A stretch of 64,000 nt of DNA from Corallochytrium limacisporum Hawaii (taxonomy: Eukaryota; Protista; Pluriformea): positions 18,563-82,562 of the forward strand of contig PDIP01000103.1 of NCBI GenBank assembly GCA_002811645.1. The letters are read 5' to 3'. Positions 45,801-56,358 of the stretch are shown in pieces. Both the position numbers and the translations under genes were made by a program. The notes beneath the pieces were generated by a model that was not told the DNA's origin, searched no databases, and saw nothing but the letters and a program-made list of their open reading frames with translations. How positions within the stretch are numbered: the first letter of the stretch is position 1; each line of letters starts with the position of its first letter.

Positions 45801-46588
45801 CCCCTGTCTGAGGCACCGGAATGCATACTGGTGTCTATCTCTCGAAGGCGCCGGTTCGTGGCCTCAAGCACAGACCTCTTGGACTTCGGTACTTCCCGTT
45901 CCCGCTCACTATTGTCAGAAATCCCGTCCATGAGATCTGCGAAGGACACAGATACCGCAGGTACGTCCCCAAGATCGCTTCGTTTCGCCCCTGGCTCTCT
46001 GAGGATTGAATCTCTCTGTGTCACAGGCACCGGTTGAATCCGTGTGCTTTGCTGGTCACTGTCTTTGCGGAAATTCTGGGGAAGTGGAACATTGTGGTGC
46101 GCGCTGATGTGAGCCACTGGCGCTCCCATCGCATTTCGGCCTGGCAGCGCCATACTAATGTCGCCCCTGCGGTAGCCCTGTCTGGGTGAGAGTGGCATAG
46201 ATCTTGCAAACCTGCGCTCCATAATCTCATGCACAGTGCCGCCTTCCAACGCGGCCGACTGCGCCATTCGCTTCTGCTGTGCGCGGAAGGAGCGCAAACT
46301 GACCAGTAGGCCCTTCCCCGTCCCCCGAGACCGGCAGTTGAAGTACCAAATGCCATCCACAGTTCCCTCGTGGCGCCCTCCAGGATCGGTGCCGTCAAGT
46401 TCTATTCCGATCCAGGTGCCTCTAGCAAAGTGTACGGTTCCGACGTAGCGAACGACTCCGGTGCGACCTTCACTGAGGGTCACCCGATGGCCCACGGCGG
46501 GCTCGGTGATGAAAGTTGAGACATACGGCAGGGGACTTCGGGATCTCTCTAGAGCCGCTGATTGCGGTCGCCTACTAATTCTGACCAT
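39830..46588 (-). CDS. Large protein with N-terminal CAP-Gly domain, Ser/Pro-rich regions and coiled coils, 2252 aa
   Basis: VGHRVTL..GRTGVVRYVG.VHFARGTWIGIELD..GRHEGTVDG..YF.C...GLLV is a CAP-Gly domain. 6.7-kb uninterrupted ORF; the remainder is unrecognised. Confidence 0.88.
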   Translation of the reverse strand: MVRISRRPQSAALERSRSPLPYVSTFITEPAVGHRVTLSEGRTGVVRYVGTVHFARGTWIGIELDGTDPGGRHEGTVDGIWYFNCRSRGTGKGLLVSLRSFRAQQKRMAQSAALEGGTVHEIMERRFARSMPLSPRQGYRRGDISMALPGRNAMGAPVAHISAHHNVPLPQNFRKDSDQQSTRIQPVPVTQRDSILREPGAKRSDLGDVPAVSVSFADLMDGISDNSEREREVPKSKRSVLEATNRRLREIDTSMHSGASDRGIPEITVDLGTSDASLAHQIGVRQSASEIMRSSIDTATQDRLSSDAQARQTSSLGLLIPKQGGRGLRTSSLAERLGQMIDQRMAQETNVPKLSQSALWSEKSQSHLVPQTATATHWTTAKSTGSLGGHTSMNRSSMLFHSAVSSFEGRPQSQPTSSVDRFGSARAQHTQSAAFPPRKKSKNVRSHSYVVSADALQSFGHFRSTVSDVEPVTTPPVESVSNTANRSPVTAKQNVTSPPAALDNTRGRSEGSEGPSTGPTAPSVPEIPDTDRYSSDENSQRKSVDVLSLPKPSLVDRARGSSSVSFAPAAVAGTESLATGSLRSLGKHPRRLRRSSLLIGSGSESTVNEVCLAPSGPTVPSIASTPQTEAAEVQGFGSSFRHFPSSAVLHCASVGSESDVEIPKGKLQVSDSVQAVQKAIAEAAAGESESMLRLLEVITENEINKNAFSKLRKEVEAKADLLSLDPELKQRMSQSCDAAKTALAAGEEEERLLREEVRRYKHELAQSQRRRRFVIERQATDDLTAHGLVFVVEENVRAPVDPQTQFSDLRRAFDSMINMRQSQLAVAEANDKWETCRIQLEDLRRELMNLEEAVVETREQKKKGVLLDPLTRNLLPVRQRHIKRLKKFERHVLSRMGKAAVLRNTKLEEQRIIGKHTVLTITEAADHRLAVLGGESPASAADEVVTAPSSAALEESESVLVYLTDQLYQLWDVPQAGEALNSITSHGVLSEEHVDLLGQPTGGDGGLKPPPLHDPHYRRQQSLHTLRSNLSVVSSHWGQLVASALRIEELPDDYVVDDTLELRAPLGIVGSVASMSQIERVRQDKQPGASKRLESVVSEAVEEASDWDEQEHELVKAAPGNPKYNETVERLQALQPSERLYAQRRAKLDTQKNELRTTLKLLQAASKPAAVGESREVSRLRGGTPGQMRDIRRLFTEDRQRVQQETNALRSLANDIQGALVQIAQRGGRVAQLTVLHHLRPSEPSTTKDGRPVPSLLALVPAWPGGLDFAREATERILSLGTSLPDKGTAKPTASAGPLTPATAAEPTPVSPTSRTAGKVTPAYISPGAASPSPDRARNSSTPGKLPEANGGRAQSRMVSDIRADGTCTVRYQTELPTDSAVQTVGQQRTLCDEESTTVTVETTPQVSTPRADVISKAENPERPPTSKPSTVEKNTFATEIIGMTKSEEVLAQDIDAFELRMQIHSVRLSNVVGIAVPSDGLRHESDSNAGNIDKTALAIAEQRLAAMQRELTQLRHQRLTALYRGHEDSSRAAACCLRKEIVHQQHTLRQQRVDLNAHGAELAKRVMRYLTVRGDVIHDLLALDRAAVMEGYLGHEDLILGPDDDVLPSDDHRSQPVEPNEAIGKRLMLARSPLREMIEEQRAEIELAIALFLEEDFISKRKLRRAERGILECERFLNPIPKEESSSDDGRLDGKTEDKEAGSRTFHPKQPPIIDIWWALVLFTLSSQVDDTVRSTLIVDAQETVLRDRLKDLQELQDGQAGNLNTDGNVSNISMAFTGEHTLRAAMSADGKRIDYVLGTTYDQDTLQNLRRALIRGLDALEMRRSILTRRRLQLEGRAKLLKHSLPGLSDILKHTKGSHAKGFISSPERLLCMLPLLRLPAGNLTSANAAAESLEDGQPGEGGHLRGRLFARPNVTLQTILERGSFINAMRRENNDDLTTEEDEVPRGMQKASIPAQIDSITALFENIPTAHLDTAVLMRRNRHHNDGRYVPSDTGNKYANHSTEHPLPAAPSGPLRVRVDATNTGFRYSRAPAVPYSFNDPIADAERQAKAAETVHQRLKQLSETVAQAGQQGELHREDLHDLRMSITRLKHDAEHLLSPAEPGTRRRPPRDRMSGAGVSNENLAPAQLRNLPQSSTLLQIRDREQQLRSKIAKLNESIEQARRGPPPDRAAIPVRGGALSGSMLTDSGTNDSPNATAGLKDVGCHLNSSLRQNRIEVAPRVLADLYADTDGNDLGQESLSTSQVVDNN

Positions 46589-47773
46589 AGTTTGCTCAAC
46601 AGCGAGTGTCTCGGTCTTTCTTATGACACCATTGTTGGTCGTTGGCGTGTTTAGCTGATCATGGTGAGATCTCCATTTCGATCGTTCTCTGCCGACTTAC
46701 CGACTCGTATCCGCCGTAAAGGAACACATATTGTGCACATATTTGTATGTTCAACTCATTCGGAAATACATGTATACCATACAGGCCGCCAGGACCCCAC
46801 TGACCAGAATGACAACCACGGCTAGTCTCCCTTGCAAACCCGTAGGATCCGTCCCGCGGGGACCGGTGCAGGGCCGAAAATCGAACCGAACGCGGGGGGG
46901 GGGGGAGAAGGGGGGGTCGGGTCGAGAGCAGAGGGCGCAGGCAGCAGGAGAGCTCCGTTCCCCCGGGGGAAAAGGGGGGCCCGGTGTAGGGGGGGGGTTT
47001 GGTTGCAAAAGGCAGGACAAAAAGAACCGAGGGAGTGTCGGCATATCTCGCCCAAGGGCAACTGCACAGCCCCCAGGTACGGCCGGTAGTTAGGAACCAA
47101 CTCGAACGAAAAGAGAGGGGAGGACCCCCCGGGGAGGGGGAGGGGGGGGGGAGGAGCCTGCCCAGGCCCAAGATAGACCGACCAAACCGACCAGAGACCC
47201 TAGGGGACACCCTCCCTGGGTGGGTGAAGTTGGCGGGAAATTTTCATCTGCAAGAGAGAGTCAGTAGATTGGGTAGGGGACGAGTGACCGAGCGAAGGGT
47301 GGACAGACACCGAAGAAAGAGCGGCCCGGCCCGGAAGACAAAAGGTCAAGGCGGCCGGCCGGAATGAGGAGGCGCCTGTGGACTGCGCTCGGCAGAACGC
47401 CCAAATTAGACCCCGAAAATATATTATCCGGAATCCTTACACAAAATTTCCCAAGGAATGAAATGTAATTTTCAAAGGCCAAATATCGAGAATATTATCA
47501 CATACTTATATTTCCAAATCATAAAATGGCCTAGAGAAGGCACAAATGTGTGAGAACTGGCTCAGGGACGAGCCTTGGAAAAAATGAGACAGGCAACGCG
47601 TTAACTTGGATACTCTCTGCTCCTTGGGTGATGACATGATGATGATGATGGTGATGATGATGATGAATATGAAGATGATGGAATGTTCGAACGGGCTTGA
47701 GCGAGAGGAAAGGTGTGTGCGTGCATCTGTTTGTCTCCGTGTAGTGGGAAAGTCGTGAATGGTAGGACACCGT

Positions 47774-49054
47774 TCACCAGTCGACCTTGCCCGGGCAGAA
47801 TTCATCAATGAGGCAAGTGGCGTACTTGAGTAGCTCAGTCTCATCGACGCTTTCCACGGATGCCTCGGAGGCAGTGGCCTTGATCTGGTGCAGCTTGTCC
47901 ACTACGCCGACGACAGCAAAGTCAGGTTCTGCGGCCAGATGGTGGTATGCGCCGTGGACAATCCATGAGTGGAAGTCCTGCAGACGCAGAGCGGCGAGCG
48001 CAGTGTCGCTCAGATTGCAGGTAGCAGATGCACTCAGGCATGAGTACAGATACTCGCAATCACTCCAGCACATGACCACAGCGTCAAAACCGCAATTGGG
48101 CTGATAGACTCCGTAGTAGGTACCGTACTCGACGTTGGCAAAGTCAGGATTGCCTCGAAGGAAGTCGTAGAACGCAATCTGTTCCTGGAAGCGACAGCCA
48201 ACAGGGTACGTCTCACCAACGATGACCCAGTCGGGTTCACCCCACAGAAGCAAAAGACGGCCCATGTTGCAGATCATGGCCAGGAAATGCAGCTCCGGGT
48301 CATCGGGGAACAGAGTGCGAGCAGTGTGGAGGAGAAGGAAGGAGTCGGCCAGGACATTGTCAGAAACCAGAGGCTTGAAGCAATTGGTGGCCTTGTTGCT
48401 CTTGCCCAGGAGTTCCAGGGCTTCCTCGATACTCAGCTTTGCCTGGGTCTGCTCGCGGTACTTGCGGTGGTGGAGGCAGGTTTCCACGAAGGACATACGC
48501 TTGTGGTGCTCGTAGAAGCTACGCTGAGCAAGGGCTGTCTTGTGCAGCAGTTCGTTGCTGTGGCTGCGGACAATGGTACTGGACTCTCGGGTCACCCCAA
48601 GGTGTTGCGTGTCCTGCGACTGCGGTTCGTGGTATTCAGGGTTGTGTTCGCTGGTGGAGCGACTGATCTCGGTACTGGGGCCTGCCGTGCTGTTACTCAC
48701 GGACGAGGCAAAGGAGGAGAGACTGCCAGGCGTTGTGGACGACCTACGAATACCAGGCCTGGGAAATGACGATTCCTCAATCATTTCGAGAATTTGGTTT
48801 GCAGGCATGGTTCGTCGCAGTGTGTCATGAACAGCACTGTCCCTGCGAATACGTTGGCCGGCACTATGCCATGTTCTCCGGTGTTCATTGTGTTCTGTGT
48901 GGTTGGCCTCTTCGTCGTGGTCGACTTCCTCAACGACTTCAGGGCCATTCAAATCAATGTCGTCGGGAATAAAAAATGACGGACTTTCAGGACGACGGAG
49001 ACTAGACCGGCTGCTGCTGAGGCACTCCTTAACGGTAAGACCGAATGAATCCAT
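47774..49054 (-). CDS. myo-Inositol oxygenase (MIOX)-like protein with degenerate active site and Ser-rich N-terminal extension, 426 aa
   Basis: LSIEEALELL, WGEPDWVIVGETYPVGC, NPDF..Y.T.YGVYQPNCGFD.V.MCW and LIDEFCPGKVDW follow MIOX through to its terminal Trp. Metal ligands are substituted. Confidence 0.87.
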   Translation of the reverse strand: MDSFGLTVKECLSSSRSSLRRPESPSFFIPDDIDLNGPEVVEEVDHDEEANHTEHNEHRRTWHSAGQRIRRDSAVHDTLRRTMPANQILEMIEESSFPRPGIRRSSTTPGSLSSFASSVSNSTAGPSTEISRSTSEHNPEYHEPQSQDTQHLGVTRESSTIVRSHSNELLHKTALAQRSFYEHHKRMSFVETCLHHRKYREQTQAKLSIEEALELLGKSNKATNCFKPLVSDNVLADSFLLLHTARTLFPDDPELHFLAMICNMGRLLLLWGEPDWVIVGETYPVGCRFQEQIAFYDFLRGNPDFANVEYGTYYGVYQPNCGFDAVVMCWSDCEYLYSCLSASATCNLSDTALAALRLQDFHSWIVHGAYHHLAAEPDFAVVGVVDKLHQIKATASEASVESVDETELLKYATCLIDEFCPGKVDW

Positions 49055-49589
49055 TCAGCTGTTGTGTAGTTGACTTCCCTAAATGTATAGTTCCCAAATT
49101 TGTAAAACGAAAAGTAAGTACGCTTCGACAGATACGACGCCCGTTGCGTACTGCCGAATTTTTTAGCGGTGTAGGAGTGGCAAAAACTTTCTTTAGTGGT
49201 TCCGATTGGTGGCTTATGTTACAACCGTCTTGGTGTGTAGGGACTCCTCTTTTATACGTAGTCACCACGACGCTATTTTCCATATGTATTGGATCCGTTC
49301 CCCAAATAGCAGGCTGCGAGAAAGTTCGGACTGTGCAGACTTTGACTAACCTGTCTTCTTTATCCTTCACTGCAAAGGAATTCCTCAGAGCAACAGGACT
49401 ATCACGTCAGGAACAAAAAGAGCACGACTTGGTCGAGCACGGTGATTCTTGCTTGACCACAAGCCCAAAAGGCTCATTGTCAGTAGCCCCGTTCAAAACG
49501 CTTCATTCTGCGGTCCTTATCGGTGTCTGCGAACCTTGCCTTCGAAAGCTTCCCCCCCCCCCTCTCTCCCCCTCCCCTTTTCCATCCCC

Positions 49590-49818
49590 NNNNNNNNNNN
49601 NNNNNNNNNNNNNNNNNNNNNNNNNNNNNNNNNNNNNNNNNNNNNNNNNNNNNNNNNNNNNNNNNNNNNNNNNNNNNNNNNNNNNNNNNNNNNNNNNNNN
49701 NNNNNNNNNNNNNNNNNNNNNNNNNNNNNNNNNNNNNNNNNNNNNNNNNNNNNNNNNNNNNNNNNNNNNNNNNNNNNNNNNNNNNNNNNNNNNNNNNNNN
49801 NNNNNNNNNNNNNNNNNN
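49590..49818. other. Assembly gap (N run)
   Basis: Ns flanked by a duplicated CTCTCCCCCTCCCCTTTTCCATCCCC. Confidence 0.99.
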
Positions 49819-52800
49819 CTCTCCCCCTCCCCTTTTCCATCCCCACACCCCCTCCCCTCCTCCTCCTCCAGCTCCCCGGTAGTGTGTAGAAAATCACCCT
49901 GCTCGGACTTGGTACATTGCGCATTTTGCTGCGGATGACTTCTCGCTCTCTCCCAAGATTATAAAAACACGGACGTGGCCCACCGCTGGCGATTTTTCTA
50001 GAAAGACAAGAAAGAAGGAAAGGGAGAAAAAAAAATAGAGGAGCACTGCAGTGGTGCCCGAGCCGCGCCGCTGCTGCTGGTGGTGATTAAGGCAGGAGGA
50101 AGCGGCGGAGAAGGAAGTAACGGGAAAAGAAAAAGGCAGGCAGGGAGAGGGGGAAAAGGTCTCTTGCCCACCACCACACACTTGGCCTGGCCAAAGTAGC
50201 TTTGAGAAATGGCTCCATAATTTCAGTACGCCACTGTGGTTATTCACCCGCGACGTTCCGTTACACGCGTCTTCTGGGCCTATGACCGCACTGATGGAAT
50301 CCGGTGTTTGCTCTTCGCTTCCTCTTGGCACTCAGTTTGGCTCATACAAACTGTACCGAAAGTCGAAGGCGTCGCCTGCGGTGTGTGTGGAAACAGCTTT
50401 CCGCTCGGTTCTTTCCCAGCCCCTAGCGATGAAATTTCCCATGTGTGCGTTTGTGTATGCGCAGGCCTTTGCCGCCCCCTCACCCATATGACGCACCAGT
50501 CTATGGTGTCAGACATCCAGTACTTAAAAGACTGAAAAATATCGGGCCATGCGGGGAGGGTGGTATGATATTTCCGTACGAAACCCAAAAAACTCCTCGG
50601 CACCGATACCAGTTTGCTCCACCACCTTTTGCTGCAGGGAAGAGACGCATAGAATCGGAGTGCGTTCAATTTTTCCGGCAATTTCGCAGTGGTTTTATAT
50701 ACTCAGAGCACCGAATGTGAGCGGTGCCGCGACCAATTTTATCCTTCTTTGCTTCGGTACATCTTCGATTCGTCTCATCCTTTTCGTCAGGTAGTCCAAG
50801 AATACACACCAATCACTGAGTACAGACAAGTTCGCGAACGCCTCCTTCTTCTCCCTCCCTCCCCCTCCCCCACTCCCCCCGCTTTGAGCTCTACTGCCTT
50901 CCATCCCCATTTTCCAGCATGGACGTAGGGAGGGTGCACAGAGTAATGTTCTGACTTTTGGTGTTCTTCCACACTCCGCGTCACCAGGTCTCATTTCCAA
51001 TTTTCTGCGTTATTTTTTTTTGTTTCCTCTTCCCCTCCCCTCGGTGCCCCGTTTTTTGCCTAAGCTTCCTTCCCTCCCCCGCGCGTAGGTTTTATTCCGC
51101 TTGGTTTCCTACGATGCCTCCCCCTCTTGCTCTCTCACTCTCGCAAATCCCTCGTTCCTGTCCAAAGTAGATCGTAGGATTCCGTGCGTCCGCGGCGAAC
51201 ACATAATTGCACAGTATGGCAACATGTGTGGTACTTTTGTGCATATATTGTATATGCAAATTAGGCACCTCCATGGATCACGTCAATAGACGATGATGAA
51301 GGTTTTCCCCATTACTCTACCTACCCTCAGCACATGCACGCATGCAAGACCCCTCCACCCACCACAACCCAGAAAGGGAAGGTCGTTCTTTTGTATGTAC
51401 CGTGTACTGAGCTTTCTTCCAAGAAAACTCCAAGAAATCCGTCTCCTGGTTTTCCTGTGCGGGGGTTTTTCCTTAGCCATGCTGTCGGGTACAATGTCTC
51501 TCTTGGGCTGGCGTTCCGTAGGGATGTCTAAGGTATATTTTTAAAAGCTCTTCTGAGCTGGTCAGCTATTGGTCCACCGCCTGCGTAGGCCATTAGTGGA
51601 AGGTCATGTGCTCGTCCAAGCAGCCTATAATAGCGAACGTATTGAAGAAGATTTCATGAATTTTCCAATACCTCAGAACATTGCAAGGTCCAAAGAATTT
51701 TTCCTTCTTTATAGCTCCAACGCGCAATATCTGCGTCGATAGATGCGGCTGACGTACTTATCAATAGACTTCCTATGGACCTTCTGCTTTATCAAGGGTT
51801 TCATCCGTTCTACCGGAGGGGAAGGGTTACCGCAATCTCTGCACAATTCTGCCAGCGGCACATTGGCTGTCTGTGGTGTTGGGAGGCACGACCGCTAGTG
51901 AATGTACCATCATCAGCCCACCCTCCATCTATAGCCAGTTCCAACCTCACAGTGTAAGGCAATCTCTCTGATCGCATAGCTGCATCTGGGTTTCTTTTAT
52001 CTGGCTCGGAGAAACGGTCTCCACAATACTACATTAGGGAAGTATCGCGAAGCCCCGCACTAGGAATGCACTGGGCCGGAAGACGCAAAAGTGCTTCTAC
52101 CCACCCACCCACATCTTCAGCCCCAACGTACCTCAGTGACGCACACCAAAGGGGTGTGTCGGTTTCGGATCCAGAAAAGCAGAGAGGAACTGATTCACCC
52201 CCCCCCCCCCCAACCCTCCATCCCCTCTCTCTCTCTTCCACCCGGAAGAAAGAGGGGGGGGGGCCAAGAGGCCAAGGCCAGACCAAGGCGAAATATGGTA
52301 AAAAGCAAAAACTAAAAAAAACAAATACGAAAAGACTCAGAACGTAGCCTTCGACATCGTACGTGTCCGTCCGACGACTGCGTACCAGAAAAATGCCTCT
52401 CTAACCAAAACGAAACATGATGTGGCCAAAAACAAAAAAGACAACGCTACGGAGCGGCGTCAGCGGGCTCGACCACCAGGGGAGGAAGAGGGCAGGGAAG
52501 GAGAGAGTTAGAGTTAGAAAAGCCTTTATTTTTCTAGGTGTTCGTGAGAGAGAGATCTCCCCCGGGGGGGGGTTGGAGGAGACCGCTGAATGCGGGAGCA
52601 GTGCAGGACCTCTTTTGGTTAGCGATCGGGAGAGCCTCGTCCCAAAACAATCGCAGAGAGGGCAGGAGGAGCCGGAACGCGCGGTGGACCTTGCCGAGAT
52701 CCCAACCCGCGGGCGGGAGTGGTACATTCACTACTGATCAGGGTACCATGGTTCTCAACAAATTTTGATGAAGGTGTCTTTCGTGCGTAATGTGGGAAAA

Positions 52801-55800
52801 AGGGGACTGCAGCAATGCGCCCTTCGAACGATTCTAGGTCTTGGAACCCGCCCCTCGTCTCCTTCCCTTCTCAATTTGGCCACCTCACTGGTCAGTTGCT
52901 CGTCTCTTTGACTCTGATATTCAATATATTTAGTACTGAATCGGTGCAACCCACCGCCCTCGAGGCAGGTAACCAGCGGCCGCGCAAATTAGCAGCGCCC
53001 CCGCAGAAGAAATTGTGCCTTCTTCCCCCCTCCTCCCCCCCCTCGCTCACCTCCTCGTTGTCAATTTCCAACCGCACATTACAGGCCCCCGTCCCACTCG
53101 CAACCCCGTACTTTCAATATCAGAGTTCCCCGCCTGAGTCTTTTGGCAATTTTCTGCACACCACCAAGATTTCAGAGAGCGAGGGAGGTGAAACAGAGAA
53201 CGAATGGGGAACGTTCGCTTTGCTTGGTAGCAGCGCCCTGCAGCACCCCAAAACTGTGCTGCCAGCTAGCCCTGCCCAACTCTTTTGCAATGCGCAGAGA
53301 TTCCTTACGGGTCATTAGGTATGAAAATAGACAGGAGGTATATAACATAGAGTCTGCATTTTGTTTTTTTATGGTTCTTGTGCTGGGTTGCTGGGATGAA
53401 TTGACGCAAGGGGCGAAGTACTACGCGCACGGATTATGAAGAGTGTGCAACACTCATCACCCACCCAAACTCACTGATTACACTACCCGCACACATACCA
53501 AACAAATGAAATAAATAGAATACGATATAGAAAATTGTGAGGGTGGTTGGAGGAACGGGGAGAGAGAGAGAGACGCATAGAAAGACAGAAGAGAGAGAGA
53601 GAGAGATGTCATCCCGTCGTCCCCTGACCTAAAACACCGGTGCCGCAATCATCAACAACGGCGACACCAAAGTATGCCTATGAATACGAACGAGCAACGA
53701 AAACGCGGTATATCGCATGCCCAGTCGAAGAGAGATCGCACCGTAACGCGCACCCATTCTTCCGACGATTGGAAAATAAAAGGTTCGGACGCAGCGGGAG
53801 AAGGGTGGCGGGACGGCCAGCAGCCGCTCGCTTCAGGTTTCTGTCAAAAAAACCGAAACAATTTCTGCACTCTTTGCGTACGTGCACCGGCCGCCCGCCA
53901 CGTCCCACGTTTTGGCCTCCCCCGTTTGGCGGCCGTAAGAGAACGTTCGGGCTGCTGCTGCGGTGCGCTGTGTGGTGCATTGGGTGCGGCTGTTGGTGAC
54001 CGAATGTGTGCGCGGGTGGGTGCGTGTTGCTGGGGAGTGGGATCTTTCGGGCTGGCGGAGAGAGAGCGAGAGAGAGAGAGAGAGTGTGTGTGTGTGTAAA
54101 GGAGAGAAAAATAGAGAGAAAGCCCCCGGGGGGGGGCCGAGACGGCTGGTCCGGGTTTTTTTTTTGGGCTGCCGCACGGGGAGATCTTGGCCTGTGAGTA
54201 GTAGCCCACGATGGGCGCGCGCGACGGTCTCTGTTGCGTTGGCGTGGTGAGGCTGAGCTGTGCAGCTCGGTCGTTGAGGTGGGTTCGACGGGGGTTTTTT
54301 TGCAGCCTCGACTTTCCAGAGTGGGCGAGGGCGGCTGCAAACTCAGGAAGATAGTGACGGATCAGCAACAAAAATTGCAGTTCAAAAACTAAGGAATCAG
54401 CCGCTGCCTGCCCGGGGGAGGCGAGTAGCGTGCACGGAGCGGCCTTGTGGTCATTAACGCAGCGAACATGGAAGCCACCCACCCACGGGCCAACACTGGG
54501 GCGTTCTGCGCCCTGCCCAGGGCCTGCAAGCTCTCAGAATTCGTCGCGACAAGGGCGCTGCGCAGCATCGCAGAAGCAGAGCAGCAGCGATCGGTTCCAG
54601 GGGCCGCTGCTTCCCGGGCGCGATACGATTGGTTGGAGTCAAGGAGGCCAAAGCATTGTACAGGCCAAACCCAAAGAGCAAGCATCTGTTTATCACGGCC
54701 GAACCCTCAAGCACGGAGTACCGGCTGGAGGAGGAATCACAAGTGGCAACCGTATGGACGATAGACCGAGTTGGGGGTGGCTGTCGCATCAATCACACTG
54801 GATGGGTATCTTGCCTGCCAAAAGCAGAGCATCCGTTCCAAGAAGCCCGTTGCCTCGACACTTGTTCAAACCCACATATATCTACCAAAGTGTTACCATT
54901 TTGATGATGAGGCCGGTCTGCGGATCAAACTCAGGATCGGCCTGTGCTGGGTGCGCTGTCACCGAGTGTTTTTTGATAGCACTGAGTACGATAGGACACA
55001 TGGATGAGCCATCTAGCCACAATTGTCCCCATCAACAGTCCTCCTCCAGATGGAAGCCGTTTAGTACAGCGGATGAAGAAAGTTTAGATGTTGGAACATT
55101 CATTACATGTCCAGAGCTATTGCTGCCTTTGACTGGTTGTGTCATCTAAATATTCATCAACGTGCCCAATCTCCGGCCCTTGCCCATCTCTCCGCTTTTT
55201 TTTTGGTATCTTTTGCTGAGCGACAATTACTGAGAGTGATGGAAATTTCTTGCGATTGCAGACACTCGCCCGCAATTTATGTAGGGACGTAGACCCCCGG
55301 GATAGATGAACTGCCAGCTCAGGGACACACCCAGTCCGAAGGTGTGCGCGACGACTCCCCAAAAAGGACAAATACGAACGGTCCCTTGCAGGGATTGTGA
55401 TGAAAGCTTGTCTACTGAACAAAGCAGCGCAGCTGCAAACCCGTACGCAGCAACAGTCGGGGGCGGGTGTGTAAGGCTCTATCGGTGCTGGCCTGAACTG
55501 CTCCGTGCCCATACCATTGACCCTGTTCAAATGGTAGGTATGTACCCAAGAATCTCTAACCTCTCTTGCGATCGTGTGGGTGGATGTGCACTGTGCGGAG
55601 GGTGTACAGTGTGAGGTGCCCAGGAAACTCTGAAACGGCTATCACTTGGAGGAAAACCATAGATCTTCTTTCGTACACCGTGTTGACTGTCTACTACCCA
55701 GTGAGCCCACAGCTCTCCATGGACGGGATCATAATCATCTCAACCCCGGCCATTCCATGTGCATGGCCTATGACCATCCCTGGAGAAGCCACATGTATAG

Positions 55801-56342
55801 GACCAGTCCTCGTTGATGGTCTTACTTGAAACTACATGCTCCTTTGGTCACGGTAGTTGTGGTCCTACCGATTTCACATGTGTGCGTACAAAACCTCGAT
55901 CCGTGCATCCGTGCAGCCATGCATAGATGGGGTGATGTGTGTCTGTGGTGGATACTCCGCTTGAACCATGCATGCTCTTCGGTGTTGTCTAGTAGTGACC
56001 ATGAGATGGACAGATATCTACAACCCGATCACATCATATTCTATTGTTTATTACACTTGCGTTAAGCCTGTCTTGGTTCCATCTGATGGCCTCAGGACCC
56101 CCCAACGAAGGTAACGGGTCACCCCCGGAAAGGATGGGCGGTCCCCGGCGGGAGGGCTAATGAAACCAGGGCTTGCTCGTCCCCGCTTGGACGTGCATAG
56201 CGATAAAAAACCCACCGTTTCCCCCGGCAAGGACAGGGCGATTCATTCATTTAGTTCGAGACGTCGGGACCCCGATTATAAGTGTGATCCACCGAGGCCA
56301 CAAGAAGAAACACCCAAAAAAAAAAAAGGAAAAAAAAAAAGG

Positions 56343-56355
56343 AAAAAAAAAAAAA
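56343..56355 (-). terminator. RNA polymerase III oligo-T terminator of the tRNA-Gly gene
   Basis: A 13-nt T run on the minus strand begins 3 nt after the discriminator base. Confidence 0.75.
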
Positions 56356-56358
56356 GCG

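Noticed and set aside
49562-49845. Duplicated pyrimidine tract flanking the second gap
   Set aside because: Same unmerged-overlap pattern as the first gap.
54430-55149. 239-aa and overlapping ORFs in the gene-poor interval
   Set aside because: No recognisable domain, weak starts, and several similar overlapping frames typical of GC-rich non-coding DNA.
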